Of a stretch of DNA of 64,000 bases, positions 63,242-64,000 are shown in pieces. This DNA comes from Squalus acanthias (Eukaryota). The notes under the pieces were generated by a model. That model saw nothing but the letters and a program-made list of their open reading frames with translations. It did not search any database and was not told the DNA's origin. The translations under genes were made by a program, and so were the position numbers. The stretch's first letter is position 1. Every line of letters starts with the position of its first letter. The stretch lies in NCBI GenBank assembly GCA_030390025.1, contig CM059432.1:44084001-44148000 (forward strand), in the 5' to 3' direction.

Positions 63242-63772
63242 TTTTTATTTTCATTTTGCCTGTAGAAAGGAACATTCCTTTGTAATCAGAATTAAATAGT
63301 CTAGGAATACTAGACATATATACAGCCTTTGTTGTGAGGGGGAGGCTTCTGGAAATCGTGGGGGTGGGGGAGATCGGATCACGGGGAGGGAAGAGATAAA
63401 GATCGCAGGTGGAGGGTTCTGAAGATCATGGCGGGGAAGGCGGGGGAGAGATCGGATCTTGTGCAGGCAGTTTACATTCTACCTATGGCTGTAATCTACT
63501 TCTTTAATGTTCTGAGGGAAAAATTTGCAAAAGTTCTTTCTTGTTTCATAAAGGTAATTTAGCAAAATTCTAGGAAGAATCATTTCAAAATGTTTATAGT
63601 ATTGTTGTAAATATCTTCATTCAATTCTTGCTCATGGATTTCCACAGTTGAAATGTTCTTAATCCCAACAGCATACATTCATGTTCAAGGGCCATTTCAT
63701 TATTTCATAGATTTGTAACTAACTATTCAAAAAAAAAAGTGCATTTCTGCTTCAGATGCATCTGGTTACATT

Positions 63773-64000
63773 TAAGAACATAAGAACATAACATAAGAAA
63801 TAGGAGCGGGAGTAGGCCAATCGGCCCCTCGAGCCTGCTCCGCCATTCAATAAGATCATGGCTGATCTGATCCTAACCGCCAATCTACTATCTATCACAG
63901 AACCATCTCCTGCATCTAACAGAATTGCACACACGAAATAGGAGCAGAATCAGGCTACACGGTCCCTGGGCCCGCTCCACTACCCACAGGGCCATGACCG
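63773..64000 (-). mobile_element. CR1 3' end of the double-tail subfamily; continues beyond the window
   Basis: Reverse complement matches 39244-39453. Confidence 0.88.

Noticed and set aside
1..64000. CRISPR array, retron or other prokaryotic RT-linked defence system
   Set aside because: Spliced vertebrate gene context; all RTs are LINE or Penelope type, and there are no regularly spaced repeat-spacer arrays.

Overview
Eukaryotic vertebrate DNA; the repeat families suggest a cartilaginous fish (shark-like), which is an inference. The window lies inside the + strand gene PIP4P2/TMEM55A (type 2 PtdIns-4,5-P2 4-phosphatase). Five internal exons are present (18607-18755, 23352-23458, 32162-32285, 48561-48613, 62139-62229; 524 nt). 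They have GT-AG boundaries and splice in frame; the first and last exons lie outside the window. The rest is intron packed with transposon relics: many CR1 LINEs (one near full length with nested copies), L2 tails, Deu-type tRNA SINEs, a Penelope element carrying a decayed minimal hammerhead ribozyme, a solo LTR, a Tigger/pogo fossil, and many PIF/Harbinger-type MITEs with transposase and Myb-partner remnants. Almost all ORF-track entries are TE fragments or antisense shadows. I see no clearly new protein-coding system. The best leads are a TSD-bounded LINE with a tRNA-derived head and no ORF1, inverted MITE copies bracketing exons 2-6 (circRNA geometry), and an exon 3/4 junction where every tandem splice alternative gives an immediate stop. 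Repeat boundaries are approximate unless a TSD or TIR is quoted.
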